From assembly GCA_038087875.1 (NCBI GenBank), contig CM075992.1:2730001-2794000 (forward strand): 64,000 nt of DNA, read 5' to 3'. The notes below the pieces were generated by a model. It was not told the origin of the DNA and ran no database searches. It worked only from the letters and a program-made list of their open reading frames with translations. This DNA comes from Malacoraja senta. Lineage: Eukaryota. This document shows positions 24,220 through 34,989 of the stretch, piece by piece. Made by a program: the position numbers and the translations under genes. The stretch's first letter is position 1, and each line of letters opens with the position of its first letter.

Positions 24220-26435
24220 AGAGGGAGGAGAAAGGGTGGGGGAGCAGCAGTAGAGGGGGGGGGAGTGGAGAGAGGAGAGGGAGAGGGAAGAGGGAGGGGG
24301 CGGAGAAAGTAGGGGGAGGGGAGAGAGCGTGGGGGTAGGGGAGAGAGGAGGGGGGAGTGGGAGAGAGGGAGGGGGGTGAGAGGGGGAGGGAGAGGGGGAG
24401 AGGGAGAGAGGGGGGGAGAAGGAAGGGAGGGGGGAAGAGAGGGAGGGGGAAGAGAGGGAGGGGGAAGAGAGGGAGGGGGAAGAGATGGAGGGGGGGAGGG
24501 AGAGGGAAGAGAGGGAGGAGAGGGAGAGAGGGGGAAGAGGGAGAGAGGGGGAAGAGGGAGAGAGGGAGAGAGGGAGAGAGGGGGGTAGAAGGAGGGGGGG
24601 AAGAGAAGGAAGGGGAGGGGAGGGAGGGAGATAGGGAGGAGGGAGAGGGAGAGGGGGGGAGAGGGAGAGGGGGGGAGAGGGAGAGGGGGGGAGAGGGAGA
24701 GGGGGGAGAGGGAGAGGGGGGGAGAGGGAGAGGGGGGGAGAGGGAGAGGGGGGGAGAGGGAGAGGGGGAGAGGGGCGAGAGGGGGGAGGTGGGGAAGAGG
24801 GGGGGAGAGGGAGACAGAGGGAGAGAGGGGGAGAGAGGGGGGGAGGTGGGGAAGAGGGGGGGGAGGTGGGGAAGAGGGGGGGAGGTGGGGAAGAGGGTGG
24901 GGAGGTGGGGAAGAGGGGGGGAGGTGGGGAAGAGGGGGGGGGTGGGGGGGAGGGGGGGAGGTGGGGAAGAGGGGGGGAGGTGGGGAAGAGGGGGGGTGGG
25001 GAAGAGGGGGGGAGCTGGGGAAGAGGGGGGGTGGGGAAGAGGGGGGGTGGGGAAGAGGGGGGGGAGGTGGGGAAGAGGGGAAGAGGGGGGGAGGTGGGGA
25101 AGAGGGGGAGAGGGGGGGAGGTGGGGAGGTGGGGAAGAGGGTGGGGAGGTGGGGAAGAGGGGGGGGAGGGGGGGAAGAGGGGGGGGAGGTGGGGAAGCGG
25201 GGGGGAGGTGGGGAAGAGGGGGGGAGGTGGGGAAGAGGGGGGGAGGTGGGGAAGAGGGGGGGAGGGGGGGGAGGGGAAGAGGGGGGGAGGGGGGGGGAGG
25301 GGGGGGAGGGGAAGAGGGGGGGAGGGGGGGAGGGGAAGAGGGGGGAGGGGGGGAGGTGGGGAAGAGGGGGAGAGGTGGGGAAGAGGGGGGGGTGGGGGAG
25401 AGGTGGGGAAGAGGGGGGGGTGGGGAAGAGGGGGGGTGGGGAAGAGGGGGGGTGGGGAAGAGGGGGGGAGGGTGGGAAGAGGGGGGGGGTGGGGAAGAGG
25501 GGGAGAGGGGGGGAGGTGGGGAAGAGGGGGGGAGGTGGGGAAGAGGGGGGAGGGGGGGAGGTGGGGAAGAGGGGGGGAGGTGGGGAAGAGGGGGGGAGGT
25601 GGGGAAGAGGGGGGGGAGGTGGGGAAGAGGGGGGGAGGTGGGGAAGAGGGGGGGCGGGGGGGAGGTGGGGAAGAGGGGGGGAGGTGGGGAAGAGGGGGAG
25701 AGGTGGGAAGAGGGGGGGAGGTGGGGAAGAGGGGGGGAGGTGGGGAAGAGGGGGGGAGGGGGGGAGGTGGGGAAGAGGGGGGGAGGTGGGGAAGAGGGGG
25801 AGAGGGGGGGAGGTGGGGAAGAGGGGGGGAGGTGGGGAAGAGGGGGGGAGGTGGGGAAGAGGGGGGGAGGTGGGGAAGAGGGGGAGAGGGGGGGAGGTGG
25901 GGAAGAGGGGGGGAGGTGGGGAAGAGGGGGGGAGGTGGGGAAGAGGGGGGGAGGTGGGGAAGAGGGGGGGAGGTGGGGAAGAGGGGGGGAGGTGGGGAAG
26001 AGGGTGGGAGGTGGGGAAGAGGGGGGGAGGTGGGGAAGAGGGGGGGAGGTGGGGAAGAGGGGGGGAGGTGGGGAAGAGGGGGGGAGGTGGGGAAGAGGGG
26101 GGGAGGTGGGGAAGAGGGGGGGAGGTGGGGAAGAGGGGGAGAGGGGGGGAGGTGGGGAAGAGGGGGGGAGGTGGGGAAGAGGGGGGAGGTGGGGAAGAGG
26201 GGGGGAGGTGGGGAAGAGGGGGAGAGGGGGGGAGGTGGGGAAGAGGGGGGGAGGTGGGGAAGAGGGGGAGAGGGGGGAGGTGGGGAAGAGGGGGGGAGGT
26301 GGGGAAGAGGGGGGGAGGTGGGGAAGAGGGGGGGAGGTGGGGAAGAGGGGGGGAGGTGGGGAAGAGGGGGGGAGGTGGGGAAGAGGGGGGGAGGTGGGGA
26401 AGAGGGGGGGAGGGTGGGAGGTGGGGAAGAGGGGG
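24220..26435 (+). repeat. 2.2-kb G-rich polypurine tandem repeat in CDC37 intron 1
   Basis: GGGAGA-type simple repeat to about 24780, then an approximately 20-nt unit GAGGTGGGGAAGAGGGGGG(G); source of the long P/S- and G/R/E-rich ORFs. Confidence 0.95.
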
Positions 26436-26466
26436 AGCAGCGGCCTGCGGGGAGCGGGGCCTGTAC

Positions 26467-26568
26467 CTGGTGCCTCCATCGGAAAAGACTGGCCGTGTCA
26501 ATGTTGGGGTGAGTCTCGTCCTCATCGTCCGACACCTCGATGTGGTCCCACACGCTGTAATCCACCAT
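26467..26568 (-). CDS. CDC37: Cdc37 exon 1 (start codon)
   Basis: GCCATGG Kozak; [40 protein letters not shown], the invariant Cdc37 N-terminus including the CK2 site Ser13. Confidence 0.98.
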
Positions 26569-26720
26569 GGCCACGACCCCGCGCCGGCCGCTCGATCCCT
26601 CCACCCGCTTCTAGAAAACTCCCTGCGCCGCCGGTCCCGCCCACCGCGCACACTTCCGCTTCCGGTCCAACCGGCCACGCCCATCGGCTGCCAATCATCC
26701 GTGGAGGGGGTGGGGCTAGC
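26569..26720 (-). promoter_or_regulatory. CDC37 CpG-rich promoter/5'UTR
   Basis: Tandem ETS/GABP-type sites CCGGAAGCGGAAGTG (26651-26665, minus), CACGCCC box, CCAAT at 26691. Confidence 0.7.
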
Positions 26721-26935
26721 AGCAGGAACAGACCAAGGGCTGAATGCGGCCATTCGGCCCATCATGTCAATGCCATCCGACCATGGCTGATCTATCTTTC
26801 CCTCTCAACCCCATTCTCCTGCAAAGGGATGGGGGAGAAATGAGTAAAAGGACACAAAGTGCTGGAGTAACAGCAGCTTCTCTGGAGAACATGGGCCACC
26901 ATCAAGGGACAGGCACCAAGTGCTGGAGTAACTTC

Positions 26936-27060
26936 TCATCTTTACTATAACCGACCCCTATCGCACTGAACTCATTTTCACATACCTCGACTCCATCCTA
27001 TCCCTCCTGATCCAATCCCTCCCGACCTATGTCCAAGACACCTCACACGCCCTTCGTTTC
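26936..27060 (+). mobile_element. Penelope-like RT relic
   Basis: Translates to ..TELIFTYLDSILSLLIQSLPTYVQDTSHAL, resembling Penelope RT. Confidence 0.55.
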
Positions 27061-27326
27061 AATTCAGTTTAGTTTATTGTCACGTATACAGTGAAAAGCT
27101 TTTGTTGCATACTAACCAGTCAGCAGAAAGGCAATACACGATTACAATCGATCCAGTTACACTGTATAGATACATGATAAGGGAATAACGTTTAGTGCAA
27201 GGTGAAGCCAGCAAAGTACGATCAAAGATAGTCTGAGGGTCATCAACGAGGTAGACATTGTAGTTAGACAAAATGCTGGAGAAACTCAGCGGGTGCAGCA
27301 GCATCTATGGAGCGAAGGAAATAGGC

Positions 27327-27354
27327 AACGTTTCGGGCCGAAACCCTTCTTCAG
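27327..27354 (-). ncRNA. Minimal hammerhead ribozyme-like core in a Penelope-type unit
   Basis: Minus strand CUGAAGA-A-GGGU(UUCG)GCCC-GAAA-CGUU; activity untested. Confidence 0.5.
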
Positions 27355-27869
27355 ACTGATGTAGGGTGGGGGGGGGGGGAGGGAGAAGAAAGGAGAAAAG
27401 GTCTACCTTGTCTACCTTCGATTTTCCAGCATCTGCAGTTCCTTCTTAGACATTGTAGTTAATCTCTGCTCTGTGATTGGTATCTTCAAAGATACAATAG
27501 ATACAAGGAACTGCAGATGCCAACTTAAAAAATAAAATACAAAGTCTGGTGTAACACTGGGTCAGGCAGCATCTCTGGAGAAAAGGCATGGGTGACGTTT
27601 CAGGTCGAGAAACAAAGGTTATATGGTTCATTGCGTCCTTTGTTATAACGAGATCTTGCCATGTTGAAATTGGTAACTGCATTTTCCGCATTTAAACAAT
27701 GACTACACTTCAAAAGAATTTCACTGCTGTGAAGTCCTTTTATACATGCTAAGATTGTGAGAGGGATAAAAACTGGAAGTGATTTATTTATTTGAATGAT
27801 CCATAAGAATGTGTCAGTTGGGGGCCAGAGGATCAACTCATAATGGAATTTAAACATGAAGTAAATTTT

Positions 27870-28180
27870 TAGTTTTTAGTTTAGTTGAGGGATACAGCGC
27901 AGAAACAGGCCCTTCGACCCACCGAGTCCGCACCGACCAGCGATTCCCGCACATTAACACTACCCTACACACACTAGAGACAATTTTACATTTATACCAA
28001 GCCAATTAACCTACAAACCTGTACATGTTTGGAGTGCGGGAGGAAACCAAAGATCTCAGAGAAAACCCACGCAGGTCACGGGGAGAACGTACAAAGTCCG
28101 TACAGACTGCGCCTGTGGACAGGATCAAACATGGGCACCTGGCGCTGTGAGGCAGCAGCAACTCTACTGCTGCGCCACCG
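27870..28180 (-). mobile_element. HE1-type V-SINE
   Basis: tRNA-like head, V-domain-like block and (CTAAA)n-like tail. Confidence 0.85.
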
Positions 28181-28551
28181 TCCTTCAAAAAGGACAGCCG
28201 CATGGTTACTCAGGAACTGCAGATGCTGCTTTACATAAAAGGGACACAAAGTGTTGGAGTAACTCAGTGGATCAGGCAACATCTCTGGAGAATGTAGATA
28301 GGTGACGGGTTTGGATCGGGACCCTTCTGGTGCACTATAAATGCTGGCTTTGCCAATGATGCTCAGATCGTGGGGGAGGGTTGGAGAAGAAAAGCAAATA
28401 CATTAACGTTGTGCTGCCCACTCACTCTAATGATTCACCCGGCAATAGCCATGTTGGTGTTTGCCTGGACTCAACAGAAGCCATTTTGTATTGCGAATAC
28501 ACTTTTAAAACTTGTTTGTGGTTCCTTGGGTTGTAATCCTACTGTTCTCAC

Positions 28552-28575
28552 CAAAGATCCGCTATAGGATCTTTG
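28552..28575. mobile_element. 24-bp hairpin insertion with 8-bp TSD (hAT-like micro-element)
   Basis: CAAAGATCC-GCTATA-GGATCTTTG flanked by GTTCTCAC at 28544-28551 and 28576-28583. Confidence 0.7.
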
Positions 28576-28614
28576 GTTCTCACTGCCCTCTACTGGATGA
28601 GCACTTAATACCAC

Positions 28615-29346
28615 TGGGTGGCGCCACCAGCATTGGCTGCCTCGCCAACAATCTGTTTGTCCTTTCTCCTGTTTTTTAATTAATTTAAGTATGTTTAAAA
28701 GTATGTTTTAGTGTTTCTTGGCTTGTTTTATGTGGGGGGTGGGGGGGAATTGGGGGAAACTTCTTTCAATCCCTTACCTTGGCGGAGATGCGATTTTTCT
28801 CCGTATCGTATCTCCGTCCCCCCTGCGGCCTAACAAGGTGGAGTGGTGCGGCCTTTCCTGAAGACCGGCCCGGCGCTTCAACCCGCGGGCGCTGCGCGGA
28901 CTTTAACATCGGGAACTGAGATCCTTTGCCGAGGATTGTGGAGAGCTCCAACCGCGGGGCATGTAGGCCTTAACACCGTGAAGCCCGCAGTCTCTGGTAA
29001 GAAGTGGCCGACTCGGGAACTCCATGTGTTGCGGAGCGTGTTTCAATCCGTTCCAATGCCGGAGTTTCGATCATACCGACGAGAGGGCTCGGACATCGGA
29101 CCGTCGGCAGCGGCGACAGCAGAGGATTCATCAGCCCCGACCACGGGTAAACAAAGAGGAAGATGATTGAACTTTATTACCTTCCATCACAGTGAGGGAT
29201 GTGGATTCCACTGTGGTGGATGTTTATGTTAAATTTTATTTTATGTGGATATGTGTCTTGTTGCTTTTTACTTGGTATGGCTGTGTGGTAACTTAAATTT
29301 CATTGTACCTTAATTGGTACATGTGACAATTAAATTGAATCTTGAA
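28615..29346 (+). mobile_element. Unclassified interspersed repeat (GC-rich core, TTGAATC-like tail); related copy at about 36745-37220
   Basis: Shared blocks TGGCTGCCTCGCCAACA, CGTATCGTATCTC and CCTTCCATCACAGTGAGG in both copies. Confidence 0.6.
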
Positions 29347-30944
29347 TTAAAAATGGGTCCTTACACAGAACACCACCTGTCTGAACTACTGAATCTCTGG
29401 TGCTGATGTTGCTTAGATTCACCAGTATTACATGCTGCCAGGATGATGCCAATATGGCGCCCAAGCCAGGCGACTCTCTGCATGCAGGTCCCAGAGGTGG
29501 ATCTGCAATCAGGAAGGGTCTCGACCCGAAACGTCACCCATTCCTTCCATCCAGAGATGCTGCCGGTCCCGCTGATTTACTCCAGCTTTTTGTGTCTATC
29601 TTCGATTTAAACCAGCATCTGCAGTTCTTTCCTACGCATCTGCAGTTCCTTCCTACACAAGGTACTCCAGTACGGTGTTATCCACACTTGAAGGTTCTGC
29701 TGAAACCACAGGACCTAACCTGACGTACAGGCAAAACAGCAGGGCCTGCTTCTCATTAGGGAGTCTAGGTGTAGATAAGGAAAATGTCACATGGAATAAT
29801 CCCAAACCTGAGTGGAACTGAGCAACATCTGTATGTCGGGCCTCTGTAGGCACCCATTCTTTCTATCCAGAGATGCTGCCTGCCGGTCCCGCTGATTTAC
29901 TCCAGCTTTTTGTGTCTATGTAATCCCACTTCCGCATCCACTCCATACACACTAGGGGCAGTTTGCAGAGGGCCAATCAAGCTGCAAACCCAAACGTCTT
30001 TGGGATGTGTGAGGAGATTGGAGCACCCGGAGAAAACCCATGCGGTCACAGGGAGAACATGTAAACACCACACAGATACCACCTGGGGTTCGGATCAAAT
30101 CCGGTCTCTGGCGCTGTGAGGCAGAAACTCTGCTGCTGCACCACCGTGCTGCTCATTGTGTTTGTGTGGGGGGGGGGGAGGGGAGAGTGGAAGAAAGCTG
30201 GAAAAGGGCAGGACAAAGCATGACACAGGTGAAGAGGGTTTTTTGATGGGCAAATGTTTGGACAAAGGCAGGAGATGAATAGATAAAATTGTACCTATTC
30301 CTTTTCCGCAGAGATGTTGCCTGACCCGCTGAGTTACTCCAGCATTTTGTGTCCATCTTCGGTGTAAACTGGCATCTGCAGTTCCTTCTTACATGGAACT
30401 GTAAAGTTTGTCATGAGTTCTTTTTGAAAGGAGTAACCTCCTTCACACCACAGAGGGCAGCAAATTGTGAGAAGCTGCAAGCATGTGGAACCTGCCGGTG
30501 TGTTCTGGAAGGAGCCAGACACAAAGTTTATTAAAAATGAGATGATCACTTTAAATAGTTGTGGTATTGTTGGGGGTGGGGGTTCCTGATACTGAACATG
30601 CCGTCAGCTGTGCAAGGTTCAAAGAGGCTTTATCTGGAACGTTGGGTTTTTCAATCCATTACTGGTGTCACCAAACCTAGATTGTTCAGTGATTAATAAC
30701 AGGATCTGCTGGCTTTGATGGCAGTGCCAAGTAACATTCACTGTTTTGCTAATGCCCACACGAATCTGCCCCCAAAATGTAGGCGGGCGACAGACAGGCA
30801 CAGAAACAGGCCCTTCGGCCCACCGAGTCCACTCCGACCGACAATCACATTAGTTCTATGTTATCCCATTTTCACATCCATTCCCTAAATGCTGTGGGCA
30901 ATTTAGAGGCCAATTAACCTGCAAACACGCACATCTTTAACACC

Positions 30945-31490
30945 TGTTAAAACAAGAACCTACTGATAACGAGTTCCAAAAGCTGGACGAGCCATCCCCT
31001 GCGAGCCAAGATAACAGTTCAGACATTCACTCCCTGCTCCATTCCACTAACAAGCAACTCGTCCATGAAGTCACCCCTTATGGTGAATAACAACATTGCG
31101 CTTGCAAAGATACAGGAGCAAAATGCAATGTCCTGTCCTTATGTGAATTTAAACGGATACGTAATGCTGAACATGTTGAAAACACTATGGCCACGCTGCG
31201 GGCCTGTGAGGGTGAGGTTCTACACCCACTTGGAGAAACTGAATTGAACTGCATCGTAGAATCGCAGGCTCACAGACTCAAGTTTTTTTTATTGTTCGAG
31301 GGGAATCTGCAACTCTGCTTTGTATCAGTGCTTGCCAGGATCTCGGCCTGGTCTCCTTTGGGCCTGCAATCCATCAAATCTCTCACACTGAGGGTTCCAC
31401 TCAGCAGATACTCTCACAAACAGAGAACTGATCGACGACAAGCTTGGAAAGCTGCCCATCAAATACAATATCGTGGTTGATCCCACTTCT
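30945..31490 (+). mobile_element. Gypsy-type LTR retrotransposon pol relic (aspartic protease and downstream linker)
   Basis: DTGAKCNVLS at 31109; with frameshifts LLCISACQDLGLV and DDKLGKLPIKYNIVVDPT follow. Confidence 0.7.
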
Positions 31491-31497
31491 GACACCA
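31480..31497 (-). other. Primer-binding site complementary to the tRNA-Leu 3' end
   Basis: Minus strand TGGTGTCAGAAGTGGGAT directly after the LTR end ...TTACA; complements ...AUCCCACUUCUGACACCA of vertebrate tRNA-Leu (CAA-type). Confidence 0.8.
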
Positions 31498-31700
31498 TGT
31501 AATGTCAGTCACACGCACAACATGGTACAACATGTTTATTAAAGTCTACTCACAGTATACTACAGCATGGTGTTAAAGCAAGCGTAACAGCTATTCAGAC
31601 TAACTGTATGAACTGAATTCTGATAATATAAACCGCGTAGTAGGCGGAGCTTCTAATAATAGAGAACTACAATTGGTTAGCATGAAGTAACCAATCTACA
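31498..31700 (-). mobile_element. Short LTR (about 203 bp)
   Basis: TGTA...TACA termini; CCAAT near 31672, GC box near 31643 and AATAAA at 31535-31540 on the minus strand; PBS adjacent. Confidence 0.7.
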
Positions 31701-31723
31701 CCTATGAAATCTCGGTATAGGAT

Positions 31724-31759
<36 letters not shown>

Positions 31760-32571
31760 TTCTTTATTTCGAACAGAATAAAAAATAAAAAGCAAGTATG
31801 AAACAGCATACAAAAAAACCCAAAAAAACAAAACAAGAATATTTATAAAGTGTCATAAACGATATTTATCAATAAATGAGTCGTATGTGTCCGAAAAGGA
31901 GCAGGAAGAAGCCAAAGCTTATTAATTCCCACCCCTTATTCAACTGCTTATAATAGTCTTATACAAACTTAGCAGCTATTAACCCCTATTTCCATATGCA
32001 CACCAAATTATTTACATTTATACACTCATCAAATATTTACAAAGCCATACAAAAAAAGAGAGAAAAATAAAGAAAAAAGAAAAAGAAAAAGAAAATTAAG
32101 CTGAGAAGTAGGTCGCTTCGATGGGATTTGAGGGAGAATTTCTTAAGGGAGAGTGGCTGGAGTCAGGAATGCACTGCTTGAAGAGGCGGTGAAGGCAAAT
32201 ACCCCCACGACATTTAAGAAGCATTTAGCAAGTACTTGAATCACCAACGCATAGAAGGCTAAAAACAAACTGTTGGAGGAACTCAACCAGTCCAGCAACA
32301 GCTGTTGGGGGAAAGGAATTATCAGCATTTCAGGTCAAGACCCCGAGAGTGAAGAGGAAGAGAGCAGGTAGAAAGGGGAGAAGGGGGGGTGGGAGATGAG
32401 ACAGGGATTGGGACTTGAGAGGTGAAAGTGAGGGTGATGGGCAGAAGGAGGCAGGTTTGGGAGCAGGAGCGGTGATGTTTGCAGGCAGAAACCGTGGAGT
32501 GATGGGTGGAAAAAGGCGGACAAGGAAAAAGGATTCCTTTCACCTCCGCAAACCAATGGGCACCAATGGGC

Positions 32572-33942
32572 GAAGTTGCATTCGATGACTGAATTTGAAT
32601 ACTTAAAATGGACTTTGATCCCTCCCCAATCAAGATAACTCACGCATTGGCTTCGAGAGACACAGCGAGCTGTGTGTTTGTGCACAGTGGATCAAATAGA
32701 CACGGCTTAGCAGTCGATTTGCAAGCAGCAACCTGCCCAAGAGTGTAAACAGCAGAAGGAAAAAAAATCGACAATATATTGAAATAGCTATGACCAATGA
32801 ACCAATGCTGATGAAAGTTCAGGTTCCTGGAATGCGAAATTAATGGAAAGTAGAAATAAAACGGGGCGGCACGGTGGTGCAGCGGTAGAGTTGCTGCCTC
32901 ACAGCGCCAGAGACCCGGGTTCAATCCTGACTATGGGTGCGGTTTGTACAGAGTTTTTTATGTTCTCCCTGTGACCGCGTGGGTTTTCTCCGGGTGCTCC
33001 GGTTTGCTCCCACACTCCAGCGGATCAGATTGCAAATCTGGAGAAAAAGATTAGGTGACGTTTTGGGTCGTGACCCTTCTTTAGACTGAATGCCACCACG
33101 GTATCTGCCCCCACCACCAACCCGGGCAGGTGCGTTCAAGGCACCCACCTCTCCCTGTGTACAATAACTTGCCCCACACATCTCCTTTAGACTTTGCCCC
33201 TCTCACCTTAGAAACATAGAAAATAGGTGCAGGAGTAGGCCATTCGGCCCTTCGAGCCAGCATCGCAATTCAATATGATCATGGCTGATCATCCCCATTC
33301 CTGCTTTCTCCCCATATCCCTTGATTCCGTTAGCCCTAAGAGCTAAATCTAACTCTCCCTTGAATACAGCCAGTGAATTGTCACGTGTACTGAGGTATGG
33401 TGGAAAGCTTTTGTTGTGTGCTAACCAGTCAGCGGGAAGACAGTACGTGATTACAATCGAGCCGTCCAAAGTGTACAGATATATGATAAAGGTAATAATG
33501 TGAATGACCTTTAGCATAGTTAAAGTAAGAAATGCTGCAGTCAGAGTAAAGGTTTAAAAGAGTAAAGCGATTGTACAAAGTGATTGCAGATCCACTTCTG
33601 TGACTGAGGGAGTGCCGCACTGTCAGAGGACCAGTACTACGTAATTATATAGAGTTTTGTAGAGTGGGAAGTCGTGATCTATCCATGAGTGAGAGCTCTC
33701 CCTATCCCTGGCAGCTCCAGGCTTGTTGGACTGGGTGTAAAAGTCATGGAACCAGGTTTGTAGGTTAATTGGCTTCGGTAAAATTGTGAATTGTCCCTAA
33801 TGAGTAGGATAGTGCTAGTGTACGGGGTGAGTGCTGGTCGGCGCGGACTCGGTGGACCGAAGGGACTGTTTCCGGGCTGTATCTCTAAAGTCACTCCTCC
33901 ACCTTCGATGCTCTGATGAGAACAAAGCCAGCCAATCTAATC
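32572..33942 (+). repeat. Local duplicated block (copy of 39508-40506 plus sequence matching 52060-52912), flanked by 24-bp direct repeats
   Basis: Near-identical unique sequence starts at 32572 and 39508; TCACCTCCGCAAACCAATGGGCAC at 32540-32563 and 33943-33966. Confidence 0.85.
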
Positions 33943-34074
33943 TCACCTCCGCAAACCAATGGGCACTCTTATGGGCTTCAGCTACTACTGTCTTTTTGTT
34001 GACTGTATAGAGTCAAGAGTGTTTAATTGTCGGATATACAGAAATGGAACAATTACATTCTTTCTTGCAGCAGC

Positions 34075-34635
34075 AATTCTGGAATATGGTGTACAATTTT
34101 GGTCGGCAAATTATAGGAAAGATGTCAACAAAATAGAGAGCGTACAGAGGAGATTTAGTAGAATGTTGCCTGGGTTTCAGCACCTAAGTTACAGAGAAAG
34201 GTTGAACAAGATAGGTCTTTATTCTTTGGAGCGCAGAAGGTTAAGGGGGACTTGATAGAGGTCTTTAAAATTATGAGAGGGATAGACAGAGTTGACATGG
34301 ATAAGCTTTTTCCATTGAGAGTAGGGAAGATTCAAACAAGAGGACATGATTTGAGAATTAACGGACAAAAGTTTAGGGGCAACATGAGGGGGAACTTCTT
34401 TACTCAGAGAGTGGTAGCTGTGTGGAATGAGCTTCCAGTAGAAGTGGTGGAGGCAGGTTCGATTTTATCATTTAAAAATAAATTGGATAGGTATATGGAT
34501 GGGAAAGGAATGGAGGGTTATGGTCTGAGTGCAGGTAGATGGGATTAGGTGAGAGTAAGTGTTCGGCACGGACTAGAAGGGCCGAGGTGGCCTGTTTCCG
34601 TGCTGTAATTGTTATATGGTTATATGGTTATATGG
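34075..34635 (+). mobile_element. CR1 LINE 3' part
   Basis: LEYGVQFWS...VQRRFSRMLPG...RTRGH-like motif...FFTQRVVAVWNELP; (GGTTATAT)n tail. Confidence 0.9.
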
Positions 34636-34689
34636 TCTGTTAACACAATAATAGATAACAGTAGAACAGTACTTTAGGCATTAAACTTT

Positions 34690-34987
34690 GGAGGTGCAGC
34701 TCAGAAACAGGCCCTTCAGCACTCCCAATCCGCTCCAACCAGCGATCCTCACACACTAACACTATCCTACACATGCTAGGGACAATTTTACGGATTTTAC
34801 CAAAGCCAATTACAAACCTGTACATCTTTGAAGTTTGGGAGGAAACCGGAGCACCCGGAGAAAACCCACGTGGTCACAGGGAGAATGTACAAACTCCACA
34901 CAGACAGACAGCACCCGTAGTCAGGATCGAACCCAGGTCTCTGGGGCTGAGAGGCAGCAGCTCTACCGCTGCGCCACTGTGCCACCC
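34690..34987 (-). mobile_element. HE1-type V-SINE
   Basis: tRNA-like head and V-domain-like block. Confidence 0.85.
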
Positions 34988-34989
34988 CT

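Noticed and set aside
24189..26843. Very long Pro/Ser-rich and Gly/Arg/Glu-rich ORFs (548-858 aa) in all six frames
   Set aside because: By-product of a stop-free G-rich tandem repeat; only 26467-26568 is real CDC37 coding sequence
28770..28800. U1 snRNA-like start (CTTACCTTGGCGGAGAT)
   Set aside because: Similarity limited to about 15 nt inside an interspersed repeat; no Sm site or U1 stem-loops
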